Positions 49,671-59,704 of a stretch of DNA of 64,000 nucleotides are shown piece by piece. Positions within the stretch are counted from its first letter, which is position 1. Each line of letters begins with the position of its first letter. The position numbers were made by a program, and so were the translations under genes. Location of the stretch: the IMG/VR virus record IMGVR_UViG_3300032753_002463, positions 1 through 64,000 of that record. The stretch is one strand, 5' to 3'. The notes below the pieces were generated by a model. That model did not search any database. It was not told where the DNA came from and worked only from the letters and a program-made list of their open reading frames with translations. Source of the stretch: a virus.

Positions 49671-50084
49671 TCATATAAGTTCATCATGAGGAAAGGCATC
49701 TGCTTCCCTGCGGATTGCATCAAAGGTAAAAAACTTAGTAATCTTAACTTCCTTAGTATTAGGATTTATATGTCCTGCAGATCTTGGTCTAAAAACATAA
49801 TGTGGAAGACTTTTCAGTAGAATATCGCCAGATTGGGTATCAAGGATTTTAATAGTCCCCATTATTTTATTATCTTGGATTCGAACATCCTCTATAATAT
49901 GACTAACATTATTAAGTGTTATATCCATTGTTTCTGGAAATCCAAGTTCCCCAAAAACAATATTCTTCTTTGTTTTAAAAGTCTCGACGATCTTATGTGC
50001 AGCTTCATCAGTATAAATTCTTCCATTTGTATTTAAAACATTTAGAGGAAGTAACACAACATTTTTTAGTATTTTATTTTCCAT
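49671..50084 (-). CDS. T4 gp21 prohead-protease-like paralog, apparently catalytically dead
   Basis: NTNGRIY...FGELGFP...VSHII...GTIKILDT..G...VFRPRSAG...TFD aligns by eye to gp21, but GELNH reads GELGF and GVSSRG reads VFRPRS. Confidence 0.65.
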   Translation of the reverse strand: MENKILKNVVLLPLNVLNTNGRIYTDEAAHKIVETFKTKKNIVFGELGFPETMDITLNNVSHIIEDVRIQDNKIMGTIKILDTQSGDILLKSLPHYVFRPRSAGHINPNTKEVKITKFFTFDAIRREADAFPHDELI

Positions 50085-50085
50085 T

Positions 50086-51333
50086 CTAATTATGATATTT
50101 TTCGCGAAGATGCAGTTTAGAGGATTGAAGTTCTACATCCATAATATTACATTCTATAGTTTCCCCAATCATGTAATCTTTTACTAACTTTTCTAATTCT
50201 TCCTTTTCTATTAATCCAGTAAGTCCATTATCTAATTTAACAAAAACTCCAAAATTCTTAATCTTTGTTACTGTTCCAATATAAATTGGTTCTTCGAAAT
50301 GTACACTTATACTTTCACTATTATCCCTCATTATACATACATTCTTCATTCTTTGAAGTTCTATGCTTTTTACATCGGGTTCTTTAACGGTAAGGACAAT
50401 TCTTTGTGGATTTTTTAAATCTATAACATAAAATTCTGCTCTATCTCCTGACCTATAAGGTATATTGGTAGAAAAATCTACATACTCTTCAGCTGGTATA
50501 AGACCCGTATAATATTCATCCCATTCAACAAATACTCCAGCAGAGGAAGTTCCCGTAACAGTACCAGTATATTTTTGTGTTAATGAAAGTTCTCCTACCT
50601 TTGTATGAATGATATTTTTTAGGTACTTTTTGAAGGATACGACAAAAATATCTCTTTTTTCATCATACGTTTCAACCATAACCATTATTGATTTACCAAC
50701 AAAAGAATTGAAATCAATAATCCTATTAGCAGCTGCTAAAGATCCAGGAAGAAAACATTTAATGCCAGATAAATTTACCATAAATCCACCAGGACAAAGA
50801 TCCTCTACCTTAACAAGGAATGCACTGCGTTCATCTTTAATTGCTCTTAATAGCTCGCTCTTTAATGAATTCTCATATCCTTGAGATACAGAACCATTAT
50901 AATTTCCGGACCTATCAGTAAAAACTACAACATCTAATACTGAGCCTATTTCCATAGTAATAGGAGGAAATCCTAATCTTGCTATTGCTTTTTCTTCTTT
51001 AGCAACATCAATAATAACGGATTGCCCTATTCTTGTTTCAGCAATAGCAGTATTATTCTTAATACTCCTAATTACAACCCTTAGAACCTCCTTATCTTTA
51101 AGCTCTTTGCTTCTTAGGGGGTTCTCAGAATCAAAATTTTTCTCATAATAATCCTCGTATAGATTATTTAATGTGTCAAATTCGTCTGGTTTGTACTGAG
51201 TAGAAGTATAAGCTCTACTACTTTTTCCTCTAGGACCCTTGTCATAGAAATTTTCTTCAAAATAGTCCGTGTATTTTTCATTTAACAATTCACGTACTTC
51301 TGGTTCGTAACCAGTAACTTCTTTTGTGTTCAT
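50086..51333 (-). CDS. rpsA: ribosomal protein bS1-like protein (four S1 domains)
   Basis: GGFMVNLSGIKCFLPGSL (bS1 D2), YTGTVTGTSSAGVFVE, GTVTKIKNFGVFVKLDNGLTGLI, plus a degenerate D1. Confidence 0.85.
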   Translation of the reverse strand: MNTKEVTGYEPEVRELLNEKYTDYFEENFYDKGPRGKSSRAYTSTQYKPDEFDTLNNLYEDYYEKNFDSENPLRSKELKDKEVLRVVIRSIKNNTAIAETRIGQSVIIDVAKEEKAIARLGFPPITMEIGSVLDVVVFTDRSGNYNGSVSQGYENSLKSELLRAIKDERSAFLVKVEDLCPGGFMVNLSGIKCFLPGSLAAANRIIDFNSFVGKSIMVMVETYDEKRDIFVVSFKKYLKNIIHTKVGELSLTQKYTGTVTGTSSAGVFVEWDEYYTGLIPAEEYVDFSTNIPYRSGDRAEFYVIDLKNPQRIVLTVKEPDVKSIELQRMKNVCIMRDNSESISVHFEEPIYIGTVTKIKNFGVFVKLDNGLTGLIEKEELEKLVKDYMIGETIECNIMDVELQSSKLHLREKYHN

Positions 51334-51356
51334 GCTTTTTATTTTAGCCTATGTTT

Positions 51357-51385
51357 GTTATAGTGCATAAGCGGTGAGAAATTTC
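51357..51385 (-). promoter_or_regulatory. putative early/middle promoter GAAAT-N18-TATAAC
   Basis: Upstream of the bS1-like gene; matches the recurrent motif. Confidence 0.55.
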
Positions 51386-51402
51386 AAATAATTTATAAAT
51401 AT

Positions 51403-51855
51403 CTAAATACCCAATACTTTACCCAGTGGAGATAAGGGACCACTTAATACAGCTTTACCAGTTGAGATGATAGTTGTAGCTCCTGACATCGCTTTTAATA
51501 CGGGTAATAAAGCTTCTGGCGGATCAATACCTAGTCCCTGTAAACCAGCTAGGGCTGCTGGTAAATGCGCTTCTATTTGTTGTAATGCTAATGCGGCAGT
51601 GATTGGAACTGCCAATAAAGGCAATTGATTAATTACATGGTTTATAAGGGTTTTTGTCTGCTGTATTTCATTTGTTGTTGATAGCATCACTGGTGAATTT
51701 GGAGGAATAGTATTGATTGATGCATCATTATATCCTTGAGATTTTAATCTAGTAGTTACTACCTCTTTTGCCGTAGGGAATGAAATTCCTGACGGATTAG
51801 GGGCATTACTAATAAAACTAGAAATAGCTGATTGTAATTCTTGACTTGCTGCCAT
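51403..51855 (-). CDS. hypothetical hydrophobic helical protein downstream of the spike gene
   Basis: 150 aa, A/L/P-rich. Confidence 0.65.
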   Translation of the reverse strand: MAASQELQSAISSFISNAPNPSGISFPTAKEVVTTRLKSQGYNDASINTIPPNSPVMLSTTNEIQQTKTLINHVINQLPLLAVPITAALALQQIEAHLPAALAGLQGLGIDPPEALLPVLKAMSGATTIISTGKAVLSGPLSPLGKVLGI

Positions 51856-51865
51856 CTTTAATTGT

Positions 51866-52558
51866 TTAAGGATTCAAAGTATCACCAACATGTATCATAC
51901 CAGTATAAGGATCTGTAGGTAAACAATTCCATCCACCTTGAGCATTTGGTGTAACACTGCTACCGGTTGCTTTTATTTGTCCGGCCTCATTTATTGTAAT
52001 AGAAGCTTGTGGATTAACTATATCAATTTCCCCAGTGGATTTCATGTTAATAGAAGATTTAGGGTTAACTAAATTAATTTCTCCCTTTGACGTAATATTT
52101 ATTTTATCGTCATTAGTTATATTAATTGTAGAGCCTTTTGTTTCCAGCATTAGCCCTTTTTTTTGTGAATAAAAAATTTTAACAATTTCTATTCCATCAT
52201 AAATTAGACTATGAAATCCTTCATATGAATCATTAAGTTCCGCTTTTAAGCTTTGTCCGATTTCTTGTAGTCCCTTATATTCGGGGGAATAATAGTCTCC
52301 ATTATTAAATACTACTCCTACAACTGAACCCAATTGAGGTGTACTAAATCTACCACCCCCGCCATTATCCCCAAAAGAGGTATCTAGTGTTTGATATGCC
52401 CACGGGAGATCATCAACGGATAGATCGTCAAATAAGCCAAAAACATTAATCTTACAACGGCCTTTCCTTTTTGGATCATCAATATCCATCACAACACCCA
52501 AAAAATGTTGGACATCCTCAATATCAATACCAATCTCTTTACTTTTACTAGTTACCAT
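51866..52558 (-). CDS. baseplate central spike (gp5/Vgr OB-fold plus beta-helix), no lysozyme domain
   Basis: GVVMDIDDPKRKGRCKINVFG...LPWA...PQLGSVVGVVFNNGD; repeated SINM/SITI beta-strands; C-terminal CLPTDPYTGMIH. Confidence 0.85.
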   Translation of the reverse strand: MVTSKSKEIGIDIEDVQHFLGVVMDIDDPKRKGRCKINVFGLFDDLSVDDLPWAYQTLDTSFGDNGGGGRFSTPQLGSVVGVVFNNGDYYSPEYKGLQEIGQSLKAELNDSYEGFHSLIYDGIEIVKIFYSQKKGLMLETKGSTINITNDDKINITSKGEINLVNPKSSINMKSTGEIDIVNPQASITINEAGQIKATGSSVTPNAQGGWNCLPTDPYTGMIHVGDTLNP

Positions 52559-52563
52559 ATTAA

Positions 52564-55344
52564 TTACTGATCTTTATTTATTATCGGATAATCCCTATTA
52601 GGCAAGCCAAGATCTTTTCCTGGGACTGTAGGATAAGCATCCTTATTTGCTCCAAAATTAGGCTCTATTTGATTAGGAGTAGAAGATATCGGATACACTC
52701 GAGAATTTATACTAGGATATGTAGAAATATTTTTTGGATAAATTTTTTCAGATGGTATATTAGTAGTAGTGGAAATATTATTATAATCATTTTCAGTGAT
52801 ATTAGAATAAACCCTAGATGGTAATCCAAAATCAGTACTATTATTAGAATAAACGTCCTCCTTAGGTACTATAGAATTAGTAATTCCCTGATCCTCGTAT
52901 TCATTATCTGAGATATTAGGATAAACCCTTCCTGGTAATCCTAAATCAATTCCTGGATCTGTTTTATATAAATCTTCTATAGGGGGATAAACTTTTCCTA
53001 TCGTATTGGTGTAATCATTCTCTTCAATATGAGGATATACTCTATCAGGAAGACCTAAATCAACCCCAGGATCTGTTTTATACAAATCTTCATTGGGTAT
53101 ATTATATACTCTTCCTGGTAAACCTAAATCACTTCCTGGATCATTTGGATATTCGTCAGCAACAATGCTTGGATAAACCCTATCAGGAAGACCTAAATCT
53201 GTACCCTCTACTGTAGGATAAACATCTTCTGAAGGTGTAGGATAAACCCTACTAGGCACGCCAAGATCACTTCCTGGATCATTTGGATATTCATCATCAA
53301 CTATATTAGGATAAACTCTCGAAGGTAAGCCAAGATCAACACCTTCAACAGTAGGATAGGTATCTTCTGAAGGTGCAGGATAAACCCTATCCGGCACACC
53401 TAAATCGGCTCCTGGAACTGTAATATAATCATCTTCTGTAATATTTGGATAAACTCTAGAAGGTAGCCCTAGATCTGTACCCTCGACTGTAGGATAAACA
53501 TCCTCTGAAGGCGCAGGATAAACCCTATCCGGCACACCAAGATCACTACCAGGGTCATTTGTATACTCGTCATCAACTATATTTGGATAAACCCTATCAG
53601 GAAGACCTAGATCAACTCCCTCGACAGTAGGATAAACATCCTCTGAAGGTGCAGGATAAACCCTATCAGGTACACCAAGAGCTGTAGCCTCATTAGAATA
53701 GTCTATATCATTAATTGTTGGATAAACTCTAGATGGTAATCCAAGGTCTGTTCCCGGGTTATTAGAATAAACATCCTCGCTAGGAGTACTATAAATCCTA
53801 TTTGGTACACCAAGAGCTGCACCTTCATTAGAATAATCAACATCACTAATACTAGGATAGACCCTAGATGGTAACCCTAATGATCCGGTAGAGGAAGGAT
53901 TATTTGTTATGGATTGTATTGCACCTGATACATTTCCTTGCCCAAGATTACTAATTCCTTGTGTTAGTGAGGATAAAAGACTACCCTGGTAAACATTACC
54001 TAATACTGCTTGTGATACGATAGGAGAATATTTTTGTATTACAGAAGATACTGAATTATTGATAAAATTATTTGCTAATTTAGCAAACAAATTACCATCA
54101 TTATTTACGCTATAATCAGTAGCTAATGTAGATCCAGCTAAATTCCAGCTGTCTGCTATTAGTATTGGAGAAAATTGGGATTGATTTTGTAATAAATCCG
54201 ATAATATGTTATATTGTAACTTCTTTTCTATTATTTTACCGACGTGAATTTTGAATCTATTATCGACAGGCTTTCTATTATCTGCATTACTTAATGTACT
54301 TGGTATATGAGCATACTCATCAAAATCAAATTCGCACTGATCTAATTGATACATGAATATGTATGGCTCCAATTTAGAAAGACTTCCATAAACACTATCC
54401 CTAGATTGCAACGGATCGCTAGCATTAGGTGGACCTGCTGGTGTGTTTAATATGCCGGATGATTGAGCAATATTCCCAACAGTTGTAGTTAGATTACTAA
54501 TAGCAGAATTACCAAATGGATTTAATACATCTGTTAAATTGCTAGTTAGATGCATATTTCTTAGCTCTGTAACAATTATCCACATTCGAAATTTTCTAAG
54601 GTTTTGTGGTATTACAGATTTAAGATTTATAGTGTCATAAGTAGCCTTTCTATATAAATCTGCCATAGCAGTTACTCTTAAATCAATTGAATCCAAACAA
54701 TTGAATGTTAAAATTCCACTCCTGGATATTTTTTCTTTCACAGAATCACCCGCATATGATCTGGACTGTGGTATTTTTAATAAAGAATCTAATCCTTCTA
54801 CTGATTGAATAAACCAGGGGCTTTTAGCATTAATACCCTGCAATATGTTTCTAAAACCAATTAAAGCATCTGCTCTATTGGAGCTAGACTGAGCAGAAGA
54901 TCCGCCGCCTGGTGCACTACCATTTTCTGCACTGGACCTCCTTTGTGTTAGATATCCTTTAGCGCTATAGAAATAAAAATTCTGGGTAACATTAGGGACT
55001 AAATTATTTTGTTTATCAGTTCCACTAATACTTACCCTGATTTGCTTAGATAATGAAAAATAATCTACACCAGCACCAATATGTGGCATGTTTATCTGAT
55101 CTGCAACACAAAGTAATGGACTTATAGGTAAAAATGTTTCTTGGTCTACAGAATTACCTGGATTTAAATCAAATAATAATCTGAATCCAAGATATGTAGG
55201 ATCCTCTTTCTGACCAGATGTAGTAGTTTGAAGTCCTGTGAGAAAATTATTCCTATCTTTATCCACACCAGTATTCAATAGACTATTACCTGGATTACCA
55301 GAAGCGGGAAAATTTTGTTGTAGTCCGTTTAGAAAGTCTGCCAT
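52564..55344 (-). CDS. baseplate / tube-initiator-like protein with C-terminal tandem repeats
   Basis: Tube-fold-like N-terminal half (WFIQSVEGL, LTFNCLDSIDLRV, YQLDQCEF); C-terminal LG[LV]PxRVYP repeats. Confidence 0.55.
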   Translation of the reverse strand: MADFLNGLQQNFPASGNPGNSLLNTGVDKDRNNFLTGLQTTTSGQKEDPTYLGFRLLFDLNPGNSVDQETFLPISPLLCVADQINMPHIGAGVDYFSLSKQIRVSISGTDKQNNLVPNVTQNFYFYSAKGYLTQRRSSAENGSAPGGGSSAQSSSNRADALIGFRNILQGINAKSPWFIQSVEGLDSLLKIPQSRSYAGDSVKEKISRSGILTFNCLDSIDLRVTAMADLYRKATYDTINLKSVIPQNLRKFRMWIIVTELRNMHLTSNLTDVLNPFGNSAISNLTTTVGNIAQSSGILNTPAGPPNASDPLQSRDSVYGSLSKLEPYIFMYQLDQCEFDFDEYAHIPSTLSNADNRKPVDNRFKIHVGKIIEKKLQYNILSDLLQNQSQFSPILIADSWNLAGSTLATDYSVNNDGNLFAKLANNFINNSVSSVIQKYSPIVSQAVLGNVYQGSLLSSLTQGISNLGQGNVSGAIQSITNNPSSTGSLGLPSRVYPSISDVDYSNEGAALGVPNRIYSTPSEDVYSNNPGTDLGLPSRVYPTINDIDYSNEATALGVPDRVYPAPSEDVYPTVEGVDLGLPDRVYPNIVDDEYTNDPGSDLGVPDRVYPAPSEDVYPTVEGTDLGLPSRVYPNITEDDYITVPGADLGVPDRVYPAPSEDTYPTVEGVDLGLPSRVYPNIVDDEYPNDPGSDLGVPSRVYPTPSEDVYPTVEGTDLGLPDRVYPSIVADEYPNDPGSDLGLPGRVYNIPNEDLYKTDPGVDLGLPDRVYPHIEENDYTNTIGKVYPPIEDLYKTDPGIDLGLPGRVYPNISDNEYEDQGITNSIVPKEDVYSNNSTDFGLPSRVYSNITENDYNNISTTTNIPSEKIYPKNISTYPSINSRVYPISSTPNQIEPNFGANKDAYPTVPGKDLGLPNRDYPIINKDQ
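52570..53880 (-). repeat. coding tandem repeat, about 66-69 bp (22-23 aa) units in alternating A/B pattern
   Basis: About 13 consecutive plus about 4 degenerate units; A = LGLP[SD]RVYPNIxxDxYxNDPGSD, B = LGVPDRVYPAPSEDVYPTVEG[VT]D. Confidence 0.9.
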
Positions 55345-55345
55345 T

Positions 55346-56857
55346 TTAGCTTGTTACTGGTTCAGGTACAGAAGCAACGCCGTCGTTAATGGTCCATTGT
55401 CTTTTCCCTAGCCTTAATATTGTTTTTAGTTCTCCTCCCCTAAATTCGATTGAAGTTCCTAGTATTATATATTTACCACTTAAGAATACATTTAAAACTG
55501 TTTCACCTGCATAGGATTTTTTGTCCTGCTCTACCGGACCAATTTGCCCGGCTACATCCTTAGGTGAGGTATGTACTATTCTCACTGGAACATATTGGCC
55601 CCTATAAATCCATGGTACATAGGATCCTAATTCAATATCTATGAAAATTTTATAATTCTCCAGCTTATTTATTAGATTTTGTACTGGTGCCTGATGTATG
55701 TTTTTATGTGTATTGTCAAAATATCTAACACCCGCCCATTCCTTCTTGTATTCATCCAGATAAACACTTTCGTTTGGTCTTCCTCTTAATATGATGTCAT
55801 TATTTCCTAGTGTTTTAGGTGTTACTGATTCAATTGGATATTTAACATATTTTTCTCCTGGTGTTGGAACATCTAAATTTGCACTATAGAACTCAAGAAA
55901 AGTTTTATATCCATATTTATTAACAACATAGCCTGCACTATTAGAAACAGTATAGGATTTTATAAAAAATGGATATGTACCCCATTGTGGATCATTGGTT
56001 AAAAGTAACGGAAATTGTGCGTCACTAGTTTTTTGATTTGAATCTAATCCTCCTACTAAACCGTAGCTTGGTCCAATATTTGCTAAAATTGTATCACCTT
56101 CTGGGTCTGTTGAATCTTCCCCGAATAATTGTTTGTTAATATTAACAAATGTCAGATTATAATATGGATCAATCCACCAATCAAATGCATCCTCCTCTGA
56201 TTTCCAAGATTTGGAAACTACAGAGTCTATAAATTCTAAATTCGGTAAATTCGGATTAATCCATGTCATCTTGTCAGCTGTATTAGACTCATTGGAAGAA
56301 AATCCCAAATTAAGGTCCTTAGCAACTTTTCTTAATGTTTCCCACGATGTCATTCCACTATAGGCTTGGCAATTATGTTGGAATATTCTTGGTATCCTTA
56401 ATTGAGCTTTAACGATAAAAGTATAATAGACAGAGGATCCTTTGTAATTTTCTGGCATACCATCAATTGCCTCTGGTCCTGGACCTGTTACCTCTACTAT
56501 AGTATAGTCATGTCTTATTGGTTTATATGCTTCTGAATGGGATTTTAAATAAAGACATAAGAGATCTCCATCTTTTGGATATCCAGTAAATAAAAATTGG
56601 GTTTCATAAATTTTAAATACCACTAACAATTCGGGTAAAACAGAATTCATATCTATTTTAAGATATTCAATTGCTCTAACGGTAAATGAATTAATATTGA
56701 TGAATGGCATCAATGCTCCAATAGTCATTTCTTGCCTATCACTAGAAGCAGCTACCTTTTGCTTATCGTCTGCTTTATAAACATCAATAATACTCAATTC
56801 ATCCAAAACTATAGTAGGTGGATCATATTGTAGTATTGCTTTTTTTTCGTTAATCAT
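55346..56857 (-). CDS. baseplate hub-like protein (gp27-like)
   Basis: TSWETLRKVAKDLNLGF, WWIDPYYNLTFVNI, FLSGKYII...LRLGKRQW; adjacent to the spike and gp53-like genes. Confidence 0.6.
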   Translation of the reverse strand: MINEKKAILQYDPPTIVLDELSIIDVYKADDKQKVAASSDRQEMTIGALMPFININSFTVRAIEYLKIDMNSVLPELLVVFKIYETQFLFTGYPKDGDLLCLYLKSHSEAYKPIRHDYTIVEVTGPGPEAIDGMPENYKGSSVYYTFIVKAQLRIPRIFQHNCQAYSGMTSWETLRKVAKDLNLGFSSNESNTADKMTWINPNLPNLEFIDSVVSKSWKSEEDAFDWWIDPYYNLTFVNINKQLFGEDSTDPEGDTILANIGPSYGLVGGLDSNQKTSDAQFPLLLTNDPQWGTYPFFIKSYTVSNSAGYVVNKYGYKTFLEFYSANLDVPTPGEKYVKYPIESVTPKTLGNNDIILRGRPNESVYLDEYKKEWAGVRYFDNTHKNIHQAPVQNLINKLENYKIFIDIELGSYVPWIYRGQYVPVRIVHTSPKDVAGQIGPVEQDKKSYAGETVLNVFLSGKYIILGTSIEFRGGELKTILRLGKRQWTINDGVASVPEPVTS

Positions 56858-57468
56858 TATGAACTAAATAAATTTTTCTTAGCAATTATTGCTTTAGTAT
56901 TTGCAAGTGCAGTATTATTACTATTAGCTGTTCTAGAGATACCAATACTAGCACCAAAAATTAATTTTCCATTAACAACTTGGAATTGCTGATCACTAGG
57001 ACCAGCAATATTTGGTGGTAAAGGTGTTGGATTAGCAGAGGAAACATTAGTTGCATTCAAGTATGTTTGTCTTTCTGTTGATACCTGTGATATTCTACTA
57101 ACTAATTGTTGTCTAAAACTAATTCTATCTTGTGTAGCTGCTGTTGTACCTCCAGCCGCTGGTGCTGCGGCAAGTAATGAGGTCATACTATTAGTAGAAG
57201 GAATTAGTAAAATATCTCCTGCATTTAATGAAAATGGATTAGATATAGAATTTAATTTCAGCAGAAGTCCCATATTATCCTGATTACCAGTATATAATTT
57301 ACTAAATAAATCCGGCCTCATCTGAAATTCTGTTGGGCATACAGCTATATTAGAAAAAGAAACAGTACCTTGTGTTGGAGAACTAATAGAAGATGATGTA
57401 AGATCCACTATTTGTTGTCCATTTACTGTATTAATTGGTTTAACTGATAATACATCTATTGATAGCAT
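56857..57468 (-). CDS. baseplate wedge gp53 / LysM-like protein
   Basis: RPDLFSKLYTG...LLKLNSISNPFSLNAGDILLIP. Confidence 0.75.
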   Translation of the reverse strand: MLSIDVLSVKPINTVNGQQIVDLTSSSISSPTQGTVSFSNIAVCPTEFQMRPDLFSKLYTGNQDNMGLLLKLNSISNPFSLNAGDILLIPSTNSMTSLLAAAPAAGGTTAATQDRISFRQQLVSRISQVSTERQTYLNATNVSSANPTPLPPNIAGPSDQQFQVVNGKLIFGASIGISRTANSNNTALANTKAIIAKKNLFSS

Positions 57469-57481
57469 TCTTTATATTTTA

Positions 57482-59317
57482 TTATTCTCCAGTAGAAGCA
57501 AAATTGGAAACAACATTTTTTGTGTTATTAAGATTTTGAGCGTCCGGATTTTTACCTGTTGGTGTAATATAACCTTGTGTAGAGCTTGTTTCTGGGAATT
57601 GACCAAGATACATTCTACCATTACCCCTATTAAACATACTTTCATATTCTCCCCTATGCCTTGTTCTAGCATGTCTTAATTCATAAACAGCGGTCATTCC
57701 TGTTGGAAAATCATCTGGTCCTAATTGACTATCAAAGGTTATTTTAACTTGGTGACAAATTAAATTACCGATCATTGCTATTGGATTAAGGGGATTACCA
57801 ACTACTAAATGCCAGTCACCTGTTGGATATCCACTTAACATTAAAGGCTCATAAAAAATATTATTTAACATATTCTCTGTTAAAAGAAGTGTTAATGATT
57901 TATATAATCTGCCTTTTTCGTCTATTTTACCAGTTTGCTTAAATTGATCAAATTCCTGCCTTAAATCCAATAATTGTTTTTGATAATCCTTTGTTTTAGC
58001 CGCTACTGCTTCAGAGTGGCTTTTTTGGATTAAATCTGCAATCCATCTAACGGGATCCGTAATATATTGCTTATATCCTTTAGGCCCACCAGGAAATGAA
58101 AACCCCATTGTATTCGGATTTTCAAGGATCTGTGGAGTTAAAAATTTGCCATAATCTGTACCTAATGCTAATAGATTTGTTAATAGATCCATAAATAGCA
58201 TTCTACTATTAATATCAGATACTGAAGTAAGATCATATTTGAAGGTAACATTAAAAGAACTAGCTTTACCTGTTACACCTACCCCTCTAACATACATTTC
58301 ATTAACAGTATTAATATCAACAAAGATTCTTTGACTTAGTGGATTAGACCCTTCCCTTAGATTATTATATAGATTCCTAGCATAAACCTTTTCGATATTA
58401 TTAGGATCTAAAATTGCTCCACCAACAGTATTTGTTCCCTGTATGGCAGAATTTATATCAGAATTGAAGAGAGCTTTAAAAACACTACCAAATCCATTAT
58501 AAAAACCAGGATCATTTTTAGTATAATTAGCAAAATCCTTTTGTCTTTTTGGTGTCCAGGTTAATCCACTTTCTATACCTATTATATCATTTAAATTATT
58601 ACCAGTACCTTCACCAAAATAGCTAATAGCTTGACATATCGGAACATTAATCTGATTTTTTGCTAAATCACTTTTCGTAAAGCCGCTGAAATCTTGAGAT
58701 ATAACCTGACCATTTTGTGACGAAGGGTATTGTGCAGAAAGAGGAACCTTTAGATTATCGAACACAGGGGTAGGAAATCTTCTAAGTGTAATCATCCTAT
58801 TATTAGGAATATTACCATATTCTTTACAGAAGATGAAGTCCTTTGGATTATAAGGTTGACCAATAAAGGGACTGTTTGGATCTAAGTAGGATCCATTAAT
58901 AGTAGTAGCATTAATAATATTAAAAGCTGTAGGATTCCTACTATTATCAGGGCTTACAATCTGACTATTAGAATACTTCTCTGAACCTTTGTACGAAAAT
59001 TGTGTAGATGGTCCACTAGTAGTCAGATCTGGATTATTAGTGGGATATGATGTCCCTAAAAGATAATAATTAAACAATCCACTAGGAGCACCTAGTTCAC
59101 CTTCTGTAAATTCATAGAATAAACTTTTTGGTAAATTAAGATTTCCCCCCTCTGCAGGAAATCCACCATTAGGGCTATCGCCAGGAAATTGTGTAATGTA
59201 TTTTCCTGCCTGTGTAGAAAGATCAAGATTAGGAGCACCTCCCCAAAGAGCTACTTGTGTTGGTTGACTATTACTGGATGATGTAGGAACATCTGCACTA
59301 ATTGCGCTAAGATACAT
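57482..59317 (-). CDS. baseplate tube-initiator-like protein (gp48/54-like)
   Basis: FNVTFKYDL...GNLICHQVKITFD...DDFPTGMTAVYEL tube-fold pattern; AATATATATA at 59334-59343. Confidence 0.5.
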   Translation of the reverse strand: MYLSAISADVPTSSSNSQPTQVALWGGAPNLDLSTQAGKYITQFPGDSPNGGFPAEGGNLNLPKSLFYEFTEGELGAPSGLFNYYLLGTSYPTNNPDLTTSGPSTQFSYKGSEKYSNSQIVSPDNSRNPTAFNIINATTINGSYLDPNSPFIGQPYNPKDFIFCKEYGNIPNNRMITLRRFPTPVFDNLKVPLSAQYPSSQNGQVISQDFSGFTKSDLAKNQINVPICQAISYFGEGTGNNLNDIIGIESGLTWTPKRQKDFANYTKNDPGFYNGFGSVFKALFNSDINSAIQGTNTVGGAILDPNNIEKVYARNLYNNLREGSNPLSQRIFVDINTVNEMYVRGVGVTGKASSFNVTFKYDLTSVSDINSRMLFMDLLTNLLALGTDYGKFLTPQILENPNTMGFSFPGGPKGYKQYITDPVRWIADLIQKSHSEAVAAKTKDYQKQLLDLRQEFDQFKQTGKIDEKGRLYKSLTLLLTENMLNNIFYEPLMLSGYPTGDWHLVVGNPLNPIAMIGNLICHQVKITFDSQLGPDDFPTGMTAVYELRHARTRHRGEYESMFNRGNGRMYLGQFPETSSTQGYITPTGKNPDAQNLNNTKNVVSNFASTGE

Positions 59318-59365
59318 TTTGTTTGATATTTCTTATATATATTTTAGTCTCTAAAAAGGACTAAA

Positions 59366-59704
59366 TTATATCTTAAAAGCTTCTACCACAACATTTTTAA
59401 TCTTGTTTTCCGAGATTAGCTCCTTTAATGCTTTAATTTTATCTTTTGAAGGATTAGTAAAATGCAAATATACTACATCATACCTAGAGGTTAGAAAGGA
59501 TTCAATTTTTTTTACCATCATTTGATTTAATATCCAATATTGGGTATTATTCAGTTCAGATGTGTTTTCAAAATTTTCCTGCACTAATTTATTCATATCA
59601 AGAAAGTAAGATTTTTCTTCTTCTATTTTGACTTTCTTAATTTCCTTATACGTTAGGTTAGTAAGGTGTATTTTCAACTCTACAGTAGTTTTATTCACTA
59701 TCAT
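59366..59704 (-). CDS. hypothetical protein
   Basis: Likely start ATG 59704 within track ORF 59366-59722. Confidence 0.6.
   Translation of the reverse strand: MIVNKTTVELKIHLTNLTYKEIKKVKIEEEKSYFLDMNKLVQENFENTSELNNTQYWILNQMMVKKIESFLTSRYDVVYLHFTNPSKDKIKALKELISENKIKNVVVEAFKI

Noticed and set aside
52570-53880. Regularly spaced repeats resembling a CRISPR array
   Set aside because: Units are in frame within a long ORF, vary at synonymous positions, have no unique spacers, and no cas genes are visible
770-57672. Many short track ORFs on the plus strand or in alternate frames (e.g. 770-967, 2980-3168, 5346-5642, 16730-17017, 34248-34532, 35628-35918, 46813-47295, 57472-57672)
   Set aside because: They overlap longer, motif-bearing genes and read as antisense or frame shadows with no recognisable motifs
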